Assembly: GCA_009602735.1 (NCBI GenBank)
Contig: WELA01001229.1
Location: 10,853-74,852, forward strand
Source: Mesotaenium endlicherianum
Taxonomy: Eukaryota
Direction: 5' to 3'
Length of the DNA: 64,000 bases
Shown here: positions 13,441 to 27,332 of the stretch, in pieces
How positions within the stretch are numbered: position 1 is the first letter of the stretch
Layout of the letters: the number at the start of each line of letters is the position of its first letter
The notes under the pieces: model-generated
The model's database searches: none
Told to the model about the DNA's origin: nothing
Seen by the model: the letters and a program-made list of their open reading frames with translations, nothing else
Position numbers and translations under genes: made by a program

Positions 13441-14662
13441 CCTAGAAGCCAGCGACAACCTCATGAAGCAAGAAGAGGAAGGCTATACAAGCATCAACAT
13501 GCCAACACCCTTGGTATGGCAACCCCGGATCATGAAGCAGCTGGAAACTGTGAGTAATAGGGACCACGGCCCGCAAGAGTTGCTGCCAGTACCCTACCCA
13601 GTTACCTCCACTGCAAATTTGATGCCTGGAGTGGAGCGGCTGCTGCAAGGCATTGTCAAGATGGAAGATCCTTTCCGCAAAAGGGGAGTGGTGGTGTTGG
13701 AATTATTTGCCGGACTTGGCTCTGGGACCATAGCATTGATCCAGCAAGGAATAGAGGTGGCCAAAGTCCTGTATGTGGACAACGATGACCACGCTTTTCT
13801 AGCATTCCAAGAAGTCATGAATCAGATGCGACAAATGCATCATTTTAAAGGGTTGGCGCCCGCATATAGCGATGTCGAGCGCATCGCCGGAGGCAACATT
13901 ATGAACGTGAAGCCTGCATACCTGTATGGCTACAAGATTGATTGGATCTTTGCTGGATTCCCTTGTCAACCATTTTCTCAAGCTGGAAACAGGAGGGAAT
14001 TCAGTGATCCACGAGCACAACACTGGGGATGGATGGTGAAAATCAGCATGCTGCGGGAACGTAAGCACTATTACCCACCTGTGTTTGTGATTAAGAACGT
14101 ACATCCAGGAATGGATTACAAGCAGATGAAGCCGGGAGAACTATGGCTGATTTTTGACTCCACTTTGGGCCATCGTGTGCTAATCAACGACGCCAAGCAC
14201 GGAGGATTATCCCATAGGGCCAGGATATTTTGAACCAATGGCATGTTTATTGAGGTTCTGAGAGAAATGGAGGACATTACACGGCGATCACCAACGGCAT
14301 TGACAGTGAAAAAGGCACTGGCGGTGCCTACCAAACCAGTGACCAGGAGGGATTCCTATCCACAGTGTGTCATCAACGAACCAGGCCAGCCAAGAGTGGT
14401 ACTGCCAACCTTTACAGCATATCCAGGATCTCGAGCCTTCATAGGAGGTGGACTAGGAATGGTCAAAAACATACATGAAAGAGACGCCGTGTGGAGAGAG
14501 CCTACCGCGGTGGAAATGGGCAAATGCCTTGGAATACCCGACACCATAGCTCGGCATATAGCCGGTGCTGTAGGGTCGGATGAAGCTGCAAAGATTTTTG
14601 CCATCATGATCGGGCAGCACTCGATGACTTGGTTGGTGGAAACAATCATGACATGGCAATAG
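13430..14662 (+). pseudogene. Retrotransposon-encoded C5 cytosine methyltransferase domain (DNMT3-like)
   Basis: VLELFAGLGSG (I), AGFPCQPFS (IV), VIKNV (VI, ENV mutated), SHRARIF*TN (VIII; compare DNMT3 AHRARYFWGN), REPTAVEMGKCLGIP (IX). Same frame as ORFs 14783, 15581, 16874 and 17090 (RT). Confidence 0.9.
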
Positions 14663-16873
14663 TTGACCTTCACTGACAAGCCTATGCCGAGACCAAGACC
14701 AGTGACAATTGGGTTCAATGTGGTGCCAACATCTGATTAGAGGGCTATCAGAACGGCACATCAGCAACAAGAAGAATACTGGATGCAAAGAGACGCAGCA
14801 GAAGCCGCTGTAGACAAAGCATTCAAGAGAAATAGGGTGGCAGAACTGATGAGATGTCAGGATCTGTTGGACCGGATTGATAACCGGACCAACGAATTAC
14901 AAGCACCTCTAGAAAGGGAGGATACACCCATGAGGGATCAGGCGCCTGAGCAGGCAGCGCCGCTACCACGAGTAGAAGACGATACGCATGGCACTCCGTC
15001 ATCTGCAAGAAACGCCACTCACAGCCAGATTTTTGGGAGCTCACATCCCGGAGCCACGACATCAAGACGTGAAGAGACTCCAGAAGAGGCTAGGTTAGGG
15101 TATGATACCCACCTCAGCCCAAGAGCAGCTGGGCGCGGAGACTATAGGCAGGAAAGCTCAAGTAGCTGGGAAGCTAACCAAAAGTGTCTATCGTCTTCAC
15201 CAGAGCAAGCGTCGTTACAAGACATGTTAGAAGAATCTGAAAAGAAGACTCTTGAGCCTACGGCCGAAAATACTGGATACTGCTTAAACCAAGTACTAAT
15301 GCAAGAACGCCAGTGCAATCTTGGTGAATGGGCTGAAGAGAGTAGCCACAACTCAAGAGATTTTGGAGGGTCAGCAAAGACCATATGTCTCGAAGTGATA
15401 TTTGAAGAACGCCAGGAGGAGTTGGACAAGAAATTGCCTACAACACCTGTCTTGATGAGCCCAGAGCCGCAGGCTAAGGGGTAACAGCAGGGTTCAGCCA
15501 GTCAAACAGCTGAATCCATTGCAAGGCAAATCGTGGAGCAGCTGCTGGACGTAGACGCTTGACAACACAAGGAAAGGGAAGTGGCTAAGGCGGCAAGTGC
15601 TCTGCAATCAGCCATCGTCAACCTGGCGAAGGTCAACACAGATAATGAAGGAGAACCGCCACCACCCGGAGAGGAGAAATCAGTTGAAGATGAGGCCGAG
15701 ATGCCAGACCTTCCAGGGTTCGACCTGCCGTCAGTCACCAATGAAGAGGAGATTTGGGAAGAAATTCCACGTTTTTCTACCCCAGAGCTGGACCTGTTGG
15801 AGCTACAAGAGCTCAGAACGGATGATTGGGTGGACGACCACTTGATGATGGAAGGACCTAGCTCGGCCGATCTTTACAACGATCTAAGGTCGCCCACATC
15901 CAGCACTCCAACCACCAGTTTTCCAGCACCAGAAGCTACCCCACATCAGCTACAACAGCCGCAAGAAGTGGCTGCCTGCATTGCTAAGGTGGAACCAACA
16001 CAAGAAAATCCTCTCGGTCGCGCAAGCAGACCAAGAAAGGTGGCCCGAGAAGGGAAAGCACCTTTCAGGCGGATGCTGATGCGTTATCTCAAGTACAGGG
16101 GAACAGCTCAGAGAGAGGGGGTTCCAAAAGGAACCACGACTCCTCCTCCGCAACCTATCCTGGAGATTTTGCAGATAGAGGGAGAGGATGGCTTAATTCG
16201 CAAAGCCATGGCATTGGGAATTCACATTCCTATGGTGCGCCCCTCATCCACTGGAAAGTGGGAGAAGGACAGTTCAGCTCCTAGGACACCTGCAGTGTTT
16301 GAAAGGGAACTAGTAGAGCTAAGAAGCACCATAAGCCGCTTGACAGCAGAGAATGCTATAAACGCACAACTAGCCGCGGCTCAAAGATCGCAGACTGTGA
16401 CACAAGCATGGAGGGTTACGCCACCAGCCATGGTGGAGTTTGGCACAACCGTTGCGCGCATAGCTACCATTGAGCGCGAGTGGGGTTGGACAATTGGCCC
16501 CAGAGCAGATCCAGCAGGGTGGCCTTTGCCAAACCCACCACGTGAAGAAGGAGGAACAGGGACCAGCTGGACTGCAGCCGATGAAGAAAGATTCTTGAGG
16601 CAGCCCATCCGGAGGCGTCTGACCTACTCCACGCAACAAGAGAGGCGACGATCTATCGGAAAAGGTAAAAGGCCTAAGAAGCAGGCCACCGAGCCTAAGA
16701 CAGAGGAGGAGCAAGCTGCAAAGCCTGCCACTCCACCGCCTAACAATCAGGCAGAAAAGCCTGAAGGCCAGGATGAGGGCGAAAAGCCCCCACCTGGACC
16801 CAAAGAGTAGCAACTACTGGATGCCTGTGTTGGGGAAAAGCAACCAGCAACTGAGGTTTTCATCATTGGAAGC

Positions 16874-19208
16874 ATGGTCTCAGCCCAACGGAGAGCACAA
16901 GTAGGGAGGCTGCCGAAGAAGCACCGCAAGGTGTTTGCTTTTACGAAGGAGGAGATTGGTAGAACCACTGCCAGTATGTGTGAGATCACACTAACTACTA
17001 ATGAACCAGTCAGACTTGGGCCGCATAAGCTCAGTCAGACCGAATGGGACTGTGTGGAGGAAACTTGCTAGGAGCTGCACAAGCTCAGCATGATTGAGAA
17101 ATCTACCTTAATACATGGAGCTCCCACGGTAGTAGTTGCCAAGAAGGACGAGGATGGCAATTATACAACCACTCGTATGTGTGGAGACTACAGACAACTG
17201 AATCTTCACACGAAATCAGACAGCTATGTGATGCCTACACCAAAGCGGATCTTTGCGATTGCTACCACCGGGAAGGCGTTCAACATCATTAATCTACGCC
17301 AAGGCTTCAACCAGATCCCTGTGAAAACAGAAGATTGAGGTAAGACCGCTTTCTGGGCCCAAAGGGAACTTTGGCCATGGACGGTAATGCCGTTTGGGCT
17401 GAAAAATGCCCCAGCCATCTTTCAGAGGACTATGGATAAAGTGCTGGAGGGGCTGGATTTTGCAAAACCATTGATGACGTAGTGGTGTTCAGCAAGTCCA
17501 TAGAGGAGCACCTCGAGCACTTGGAGCAAGTGTTCCAGCGCCTGGAGAAATTCCAGATGACGCTGCACCCTGGAAAGTGCAGATTCTTTGAGGCACATGT
17601 GCCTTACTTAGGACATGGGAACAATGCTATGTCCCCTCGGACTGTAAAGATTGAAGCCATTTACAAGATACCTGCACTAGCGAATGTGTCTAAGCTGAAA
17701 CCTCTGTTAGGGCTAAGCGGATACTATCGTAAATTTGTGAAGGATTATAGCAAAAATGCTAGACCCTTGACAGAACTCCTGAAAAAGGACGTACCTTTTG
17801 TGTGGACGGAAGCCAAGGAAAAGGCCATGAACGAGCTCAAGGAGCGGCTGGTAACGGCCCCAGTCTCGCGAACACCTGACTACTCCAAGCCGTTCAATCT
17901 ACACACCGACTGGAGTCGTGTGGGAGTTGGCGCAGTACTCACTCAGGCCGAAAGTCCTAGAGAGGAGTACGTCATTGCCTATGCCTCGCGCTCTAACAAC
18001 CGAGCGGAGAGCAACTACTCATCCTACGAAGGAGAGCTACTGGCTGTGGTTTGGGCTGTTGCACATGTCAGAGAGTATCTATGGGAAAGACCCTTCACGC
18101 TGATCAAAGATCACTCGCCATTACTCTGGCTGATGAAGAATGGAGACCTCACTGGTAAACTGGCTCATTAGGCTCTCAAGCTCCAGGAGTACCAGATGAC
18201 ACTAATACACCGAGCAGGTATACTCAACAACGACGCCGATGGACTTAGCAGGAACCCGGACCCATCCGCAGACGACCAAACAGGAGCTCGAGAAGACGAA
18301 TATCCGAGCAGCCCAGGAGAATTGGCAGCCTGCCGGGCCGAAATGGCTAGAATGGTAGCATCAGGAGAAGCTGAGCTTCTACCTCTGTTCAGTCCAGAGA
18401 TCTGGAAAGATCAAACCACTATGCATTGGCTGAAGACGGGAGTCTATATAGAAGGATTATCGGTGAAAGAAAAGGACCAGGTGGGCTATTGAGCTAAAAG
18501 GTTTTGTTGGAAACGCAATAACCTCTTCAAGATTGAACAAACTGGTCAGGAGAAGTTAGTGCCAGAACCCACCAAAAGACGAGCTATGGTGCAGGAAATG
18601 CATGAGAATACTAGACACTATGGTGTCAAGAAGACATACAGTCTTCTGGAGCTGTCTTACTGGTGGAGGGGCATGAAGCAGCAGTGTGAGGATGTGATCA
18701 AGGCCTGTACAAGCTGCGATCGCGTCAAGGCTGGTTTTAAGCGGCAACACCCACACCTGCAACCTCTGCCAATCATGGGCCTAGAATACCGGTGGAGCTG
18801 CGATCTCGTAGGTGAGTTATCGCTGTCCAACCGAGGTAACAAGTACATTATGGTCATGATTGAGCATTTTCCTAAGTGGATAGAGGTTGTGCCTCTAACT
18901 GCTAAGGAAAGCTTGGCGACCAAGGAAGCGCTCCTCAATGGTGTGATTGTACGCCATGGAGCCCCAGTAAAAGTGCTGACAGACCAAGGGTCTGAGTTCC
19001 AAGGATCTTTTCAGAAACTCCTGGACAAGTGTTTCATTGACCATCGCACTACGTCTAGAAACCACCCACAAGCAGATGGTCTGGCAGAACGGATGGTGCA
19101 AACCATCAAGTCTGCTTTGCGCAAATTTTGCCTTGAGCATGATAAGCGTGATTGGGATCAGGCCCTGCCATGGCTGGTTATGGGTTACAAATTTAACAAG
19201 CAAGCTGC
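16874..19208 (+). pseudogene. pol: Element A pol: RT, RNase H and integrase core (stops and a frameshift)
   Basis: RMCGDYRQLN, MPFGLKNAP, LHTDWS, NYSSYEGELLAVV, HHCC zinc finger, VLTDQGSEF, HPQADGLAERMV. Confidence 0.92.
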
Positions 19209-20000
19209 TGTAATGAATCAGTATAATAGTAGATATAATGTTCATTTAAATATAATAGTTAATTAAGTTCAGCCTACTGAACTTTATGTAGTATTGAGTC
19301 TGCTGGACTTTATATAATTATCAGTTTAAGGACTCAGTTGGAAGCAGCAGGCTGAAGCCAACTTAAGTCAACTTGCTGACACATTCTTTGACAGCCAACT
19401 GACTTCCATACTCGGTAGCAGCGAACTGCCTAGATATGCATCTTAGTGTGGTGTGCTAGATGAATGGCCAGATGACATCCCATTGATGGATGGCGATTCG
19501 GGATGATAGGAGATGGGGGTGGATTTGGTTAACCGAGGTCCTACCAACGTGGTTAACTCCCAGGTAGGCGGTGCCATCGCACTGGCCGTTGAACAGTAAA
19601 CTCATTCCATGTACATATACTAGGCATTGCTCTCGAGTTCGGCATTCGGAAACGAGGCCAACTCTTTGGTACAGCTTATTGAGAGAGATCTGAATCCAAG
19701 GCGAGAAGCCATTGATACGCACTGTCTTCCAATCTTGCTTATGTATGAGTTTACTGATTGCATTATTGATGCTAGTTTACTTGCATTTGACTTACGAGTA
19801 TTATTCACTGCTAGTGTGCTGTCCTTTGTTGTCGAATCAATTAACGGAAAACACCATAAAGATTACTTACTGATATAAAGATGTTTATTAACTATTAATC
19901 GCCTATTTGGTAAGTCAATTCATTTCAGTGGTATCGGAGCGGTTATCACAGTCTTCTTTGTATGGTAAGGACAAGGTCTCAACTTAGCAACTCCTGAGAC

Positions 20001-23000
20001 ATGGAGAACCAGGATAACGAGAATGTCAAAAATCAGGCGGAAAGCCATGTAGCGGGAACCCGTACCTATTCTGAAGCAGTGGCAGATACTGCAGCTCGAG
20101 AGGCTGCAGATGAGGCAGCTGCTATTGCCGCAGTCGCAACACAGCAAGCTGAGGAGGAGAGAGCCAGATTAGAAGCTGAACAATTAGCAAAAGCTGCTGA
20201 AAATACAGAAAGGAGGGAAGGACAGCCAACTGACGAGCGCACTGTCGAAGAACTTATGGCATCAAGGGCCAATGTTCTGAACCCACCTCTTGCTGTACAA
20301 CTCAATGTACCCCTAGGTCGAATTTGTGACCGGCTGAACGCGGCAGGAATTGCAGTTGCAAGAGCGAGAGGGACTGTTGAGGACACTACTCTGTGAGTAG
20401 ATGCCACTGCTGCTGCTGCATTTGCTAAAATCCCACCTCAGTGTAGACTTGGGAGCATTGTTCGTTCAAATGCGGTCGCAAAAGGCGACCATGTATCAGT
20501 CTCAACAGGAGGACAAAAGAATCATAATGTCTCTACTTCGGGACAGAGACCAATTGGGTTCTCAAACCACTGGTGGTGGTGGCAGAGGGCCTAGTAAGCC
20601 CAAGCCGAAACCTCCCAAGAACTATGATCCTGAGGGACACAAAAAATATTACCTGATCAAGTTTCTCGCGGATGTTGAGCAGTGGCTGGAGAACTACCCA
20701 GAATTGCAAGATTACGAGAAGATCAAACACACTGGTGCGCTACTGAAAGGCAGTGCCGCAGACTGGTGGCTATACTGGAAAGGAGGGCGTAAGCTCAGCA
20801 ACTCGGTGACCCTTCGTGGGTAGAGTTTGTCAAGAAGTTGCATGAGAAGTTTGACGTCATCAACTAGCAAGAGAAAGCTATCTATGTGATGATCTCCTTG
20901 ACACTGAAGGAGACCACTTCAGTTGCTAAGTTTGCTCAAAAGTTCCAGGAGAACATAATGAAACAGCCAGACTTGCTAGAACGGTATAGGCTAGCATACT
21001 TCGGGTATGGCTTGAAATCCGAAGTCTCTGGTCATTTTGCTGAGGAGAAGTATGAGAAATTGGCTGACTTGATCCAGGATGCTGATGCCTGGGATCAGCA
21101 GCAGTTCAATCACAAGCGCCAGAGTAATGCTTTGGTGTCTAAGATTGTCAAAAAGCCCCACGGTTCCTTCAATGCAATTAAAGGAGACCAGGCTGAGGAT
21201 GATCAGGGTGATGAATATGGGTATGAGTACAATGCTATGCAGTCTAGAGGGAGAGGTGGTTTCTCTCGAGGCAGCTATGGAAGAGGTGGTGGTAGGACTA
21301 AGCCGAGACCAGCCTCAACAAAATCGATTTGCTTCCATTGCCAGCAGCCAGATCACTTCAGAGAGCAGTGTCCAGACAAGCACCTTCCAAAGTTCGAGAA
21401 AAAAGACCAGCCTTTAAAAGACAGCAACAGTCAGTTTCCAATCGACTGACTGTGAGGATGCTAGAGATAATAAGTCGTCACTAGCTGCCCTCGTAGCAAA
21501 TATAATGGGTCCTGCTGAACTCGATTCACTATGCATGCCTGACAACCACATAAACAAGACCATCAGCAACATAGACTTCCAGAGAGGGCACACTCTGGAT
21601 GCTCTTGTTCCACCTGATGTCCAACATTTCTTTGCTAAGTCAGGAGAACAATGCGAAAGTCAGGAAAAGACAGTTCCCCCTATCCTTTTGCATTGCATGA
21701 TTGCAGGTAGGAAGGTGAGGGCATTTGTTGACGGAGGGGCGTCACATACTTTTATCCATAAGGACTTAGTTAAGCGGCTAAGGCTGCCTATTGTCACCCA
21801 AGGGAATAGAAAAATATTCCTTGGAGATGCCTCAAGTATCTCGGGAGGAGTTATAACCAAGCCTATTGAGGTCCAGTCAAGTTTTGGCATTGCAATTCTA
21901 ATTGAAACGCTTACATTTGAGGTACTCAACACTGGCTTTTATGATCTCGTGCTAGGCAGAACCTGTCTTAACAGACATTGAGCTGAAGTGTGTTGGAGCA
22001 GAGGTACAGTTAAAGTGAGAGGAGCCAGTGATGGGCAGACTGACTTGGCACCCACCAGTGCTCTTCCTCTTGTCCTGTGTGGATGGCAAATGAAGGAAAA
22101 GAAGAGGCTTCCAGAAGGATGCAAGTTGCTGAATGCAATGGAGTTCGTCAAAAGCTGGAACCAGGAGGAAGACAGAATTATTTGTATGCTACTAAGAGAG
22201 GTACCTCCTCAACCTGAAGAAGTGGTGGAGAAAAAGGTAAGCCCTCCGGAGCACCCTCCTGCTGCAAAAATTGTTGCTCGGTACACGAATGTATTTAATA
22301 TGCCTCCAGGACTACCCCCTAAGAGGGAAGTAGATCATAGGATTGATTTCTTACCTGTGAATCAGCGACCCTGGCAACGCACTTATGGCTTGTCTTATAT
22401 GGAGAGCGAGGAGTTGAAAACACAGATTGCAGAGCTTAATAAAAATGGTTATATTTCCCCTAGTAAATCACTTTACGGCGCACCCATCCTATTTGTTAAG
22501 AAAAAAGAAGTCAGTATGCGGATGTGCGTGGATTACAGAGCTCTAAACAGAATTACAGGTTAGAACAAGTATGCTTTTCCCAGAATCGAGGACTTGCTTG
22601 ATACCCTGTCTGGTGCTGAAGTGTTCAGTAAGATAGATCTCAAGAGTGGTTATCATCAAATTAGAATTGTTGAGGGGGATGAACACAAGACTGCCTTCCG
22701 CACACGTTATGGACACTATGAGTTCAACGTGATGCCATTTGGACTAACAAATGCTCCTGCGACTTTCATGGGTGCTATGAATGACATTTTCAGACTTTAC
22801 CTGGATAAGTTTGTGCAAGTCATCCTGGATGATATTTTAATTTTCTCTAAGGATGAACCTCAGCATGCTGAACACTTAAAGACAGTCATGGACACTCAGA
22901 GAAGGAACAAGTATGCTAAAATGAGCAAGTGTGATTTCTTCAAAGAAAGTATTGAATTCTTAGGTCACGTTGTCAGCAAAGAAGGCATCAGTGTGGATCC

Positions 23001-25217
23001 TAAGAAAGTCCAGACCATAAGGGACTGACCAGTACCACAGTCTGTCTTTGAAGTTAGATCCTTCCTCGGGTTGGCTAACTACTATAGGAGATTTATTGAG
23101 AATTATTCTACAAAGGCCAGTAAACTGACTGACCTTACTAAGAAAGACATAGGGTATGTGTGGGGGGAAGAGCAGCAGGCTGCCTTCCAGACCCTTAAAG
23201 ATGCTCTTTGTTCTGAGCCTGTGCTAGCCGTGTATGATCCCAGCAAACCGGTGCAGGTGGTCACTGATGCCTCTGACTTTGCCATGGATGCTATCTTGTT
23301 GCAGCCTGCTGACAAAACCACAAAGGATGGTAAGGTACGGCAGGAGTGGCATCCTGTGTTGTACGAGTCTATGAAATTTAATCCAGCGGAGATTAATTAC
23401 TCAGTACACGATAAAGAGCTGCTAGCTATCATTCATGTGCTCAAACAGTGGAGAGCATACTTACATGGTAAAGCTTTTAAGGTGATTACAAATCATCTAG
23501 CTCTGACTCACTTTCAAAAGAAATCTAAGCTGTCAAGGAGGGAGAACCGCTGGAGCCAGATTGTGGAGCAATTTCAAGTCCACATCGACTGCAAATCAGG
23601 GAAGTTGAATCCTGCTGATGCACTTTCTAGAAGACCTGACTTGCAAGAAAGGAACTTTAGTCAGCATGCTGTAGATGAAGTCCTGTGTGCACTCACTTCA
23701 CTGAAGGTGAAAAAGTCCTTCCTTGAACAACTTAGGAAAGCCTACCTTTCTGACTCAACATTTGAGTCCAGCCCCACTACTGGTGTGTGTCGTGCTACTG
23801 CACTCGAGTATAAACTTAAGGGAGGAGTCTGGGTGACTGAGACCACTTCAGGCAGGCTGAAGCTGATCATTCCTAATAACTTGGAAATAAGGTCTTTTTT
23901 ATTGAGTCAAGCACATGACAGTTTACTGGGTGGGCATTTGGGGCGGGCCAAAACTGTTGGCAAATTGGCAAAACATCATCATTGGGAGAGATTAACTCGG
24001 GAGGTCTTGAAATACGTTAACTCCTGTGACCAGTGTTAGAAGAATAAGTCGAGGCACACACCACCGGGGGGCCTCTTAAAACCGCTGCCCATCCCAGCTG
24101 GCCGTTGGGAAACACTATCCATGGACTGGGTGGTCACACTGCCACGAACTGCCAATGGGCATGATTGGATATTGGTAGGCGTGGATAAACGGACAAAAAT
24201 GGTCATTTTCATCCCCACAACGTCAAAGTAACTGCACTCGAAACAGCGAGACACTCCTACAACCATGTAGTATGCCAACATGGGCTACCCTCTAATATAA
24301 TCTCAGACAGAGACTTGAAATTTTCCTCTAAGTTCTAGAGGGCTTTAATGGGGTTAATGGGAGTCATGCAGCTGCTCAGCAGAGCAGACCACCCTCAGAC
24401 TGATGGGCAGATTGAAAGAACTAACCGAGTTCTGCAAGAGGTACTGAGAGCCTATATTAACCAAAAACAAGATAATTGGGATGACCTGCTACCTCAAATC
24501 CAGTTTGAGGTCAACAGTGCGGTGCACGCGTCAACGGGCAAGACTCCTTTTGAACTGAGCCTGGGTAGAGTCCCTAAGTCTCCTTCGAATGTACTGGGGG
24601 AGTCTTTAACTCACCCTGAAGAGATTGCCATTCCGGTCTCCCTCCAAGTTAACACAGGAGTTTGCTGACACCCTGTCAGAAGTCCAACAGAACCTGCACA
24701 AAGTCCAGGCAAACCAACAAAAATACGCTAATCAGCACCGTCGAGAATTGATATTTTCTAAGGGCGATTTGGTCAAACTGCATTCTCAGCACCTGTACCT
24801 ACCTAATGTGGTCAAGAAAAAGCTTGGTCCTGTCTGGGTCGGTCCATATTCGGAGGTGCGTCGTGTCGGTCAGAATGCTTACAAACTGAACATGTCAGCA
24901 GAATTCAAGGGTCACCCGGTCTTTAATGTCTCCTTCTTGGAACCATACATCAAAGGGGACACACTGTTCACAAGTCGATTACCTGTCCAACCGAGACCGG
25001 TGCCCGCTGTCCGGGATGGTGACCCTGAGGAATATGAGGTTGAGGAGATTTTAGACGCGCGCTCGGTTCGTCGATCGTCTAAATATGTCATGAAGTACCT
25101 CATTTAATAGAAGGGTTACGATGCCTCTGGGGACACTTGGGAATTTAAGGACCATTTGACCAATGTCAAAGGGGCGTTGAAACGGTTCCACCTTTGGGCG
25201 GCTGGAGCCCCTCCATA
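20001..25217 (+). pseudogene. Element B gag-pol (PR, RT, RNase H, IN, chromodomain) with many stops and frameshifts
   Basis: [72 protein letters not shown]...KGY...TWE. Confidence 0.95.
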
Positions 25218-25599
25218 ACGGTCATTTCAGTTGACACGGGAAGGTGACATGAGGTCCTGTCTCCATCTAAGTTGGAGGGAAAATATATGACAGTAAGTCT
25301 GCGAGAGCGAGAAAGAGACAGTTATGTGAACCTTAAGTGTCAGCATAGTGACAGATGGGACGGTTATGTGAATCCTAAGTGTCAGCATAGTGACAGTGGG
25401 GACATCCTGGCCCACATAAAGCACCTTGGGCGGAAGGAAATAGGGCCTCGCACAGCAATACATCACTTAACGCACCTTAAAACACATTCATACGTTTTTG
25501 TCTAGCGCACCGCAACTACGTCAACTCCTAGCAATCACCCTGTAAGTTAAACAGGAGCGAATCTACCATACTAACACAAACTACTTCCTTCCTGCAATT

Positions 25600-27332
25600 C
25601 CTATGAAAAAGGTCGATATCCTACTAACTTGTGCCCTGGTTACATGTGCAGGATGGCTCCCACCACACAAAAGGAGGACAGAAAGCGCAAGGCAGAAGAA
25701 GCCAGGAGGACAATAGAGCAATACCAGAAGGAGCTGGCGGCGACGTCCCTCACCAGGAGAGAACAAGAAAGGGTCCGCAGACAACAAGAGGCGGCAGAAG
25801 AAGCATAGAGTAAGAAGGATCAGGAAGCGGAAAACCTCAGGAAAGCTGAGGAGGAGAGACAGAAGAAACAACAAGAAGAAGCGGCAGCAGCAGAGGAGGA
25901 GAGAAGGAAAACGGCTGAAGCGGACAGGCAGAAGAGCTTGGCCACTTACAGGTATACTGTGATGGGTGGCCAAAACTTTGATAACCTGAAGGAAGCATTG
26001 CTGGCAGCCCAAGAGATCAACAAGTTGGAACAACCAACACTGCTACAGAGGGAAGGAGCTGCAGCACTCGATAGGAACATTGAGGCACACACTGGTGTGG
26101 TCCTCTACGAAGATTATGCCAAGATGGTGGGCTATACAGCAGAGCAGGCCCGGTACCTTGCAGATGATTCAGAGAACAAGCCGGTCCCAATACCGGGAAT
26201 AGTGGGAGATCAGAGACTCATCAGGCGGGTGAGCATGCGGCCCGATAGCTTGAAGGATACGGTATTCTACCTCACACTACTGCCAGCTTACAATGAAGTT
26301 GAGAGAAGGAGCTGGGAGTACTTGGCCAGGGAAGCAGGACAGCAGATGTTCTCTCCCCACTGGTTCCCATGTAAACTGAGGAAGGCTGAGCATGGACCCC
26401 CAGCACTACCAGCAGCCAACAGACTGGAGGTGGATGACCGTCACAAACAAAAAGCAGGAGTGTGATCGAGCCCAACCGGATGACTTCCACGATGGCCTGA
26501 ACGGCTACCTCATCCTACCACCTCACATTGCCCCTTGGGACTCCAGGCTGAACGGCTGCCTGAGCAATATGAATGCAGAGACCAAAGAGCACAGGAGGAG
26601 GGGGAGAGACTACTTCTCTAAGGGAAAGCATGCTTTCGTCAAATGGGCGAAGAATGCAGGCCGGATAGATATCAGCAGGCTGAAGGCCAAGCAACCTCCG
26701 GCGCGTCCTAAGAAAGGGAGGTCAGTAGACTACTCCATGTCTACCAGGGAGCAGGACAACTTAGTGGACGAGACTCCTACCCTCTCAGAGGAGGAAGATG
26801 AGGAGGATGAGGAAGAAAAACAAGGCAGAGGAGAAGCATCAGGACCTGGTACTCAGCACACCCAGGGGCAGGCAAGAGCAGGGCTTCCTCAAGAGCCAAG
26901 ATCAGGAATATGGCATTTGACCCCGGCCATTGAGGTAACTGAACCGCGCCTCGCTCCCCCAGCCCACCTACCCAAGCAGGGGAAGACGCTGATCTGACTG
27001 TACTTGGCAGCAGACCTAGGCAGAAATCCCCAGAGGACAGGGGTGCCAGAAGAGGGACACGCGGGGTGGCCAGAGATATGCCGGCCTCTCCCTTTGCTCA
27101 GGAGCATGTACCTCTTGCCAATGTATTTCAGCACCCTACTGGAATGCCTGTCCATGTGGGGATCAACACCCAAGTGGTTGAAGAGCAGGCTACCATCCTT
27201 CGTTCTCCTCGAGGTCCAACTGTAGAACAAACGGGGTTCTTTAGAAGACCAGCTGACAGACCTAGAGGGCTGTCCAGATCTAGGTCCAGATCTCAATCTC
27301 CTGATTTTGAAGCCCCAGGAACAACCCCCTAG
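25600..27332 (+). pseudogene. Additional 3' ORF region of element B, unknown function
   Basis: Sense-strand coding-like stretch between pol and the 3' LTR: E/K/R-rich coiled coil, globular part (25938-26997), acidic and RS-rich tail. Copy D has an analogous charged start at 61327. Confidence 0.6.

Noticed and set aside
1112..14662. Bacterial restriction-modification system or contamination
   Set aside because: Both MTases are decayed and contiguous with eukaryotic LTR elements and spliced genes, and no credible intact restriction enzyme is present.
19456..19878. Repeated small ORFs (MRINGFSPW..., MLSSSAF...), also at 27.7 kb and 53.2 kb
   Set aside because: They recur only because they lie in B-family LTRs; no coding evidence.
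25600..27332. env gene in element B
   Set aside because: No signal peptide or transmembrane segment is visible in the translated fragments.
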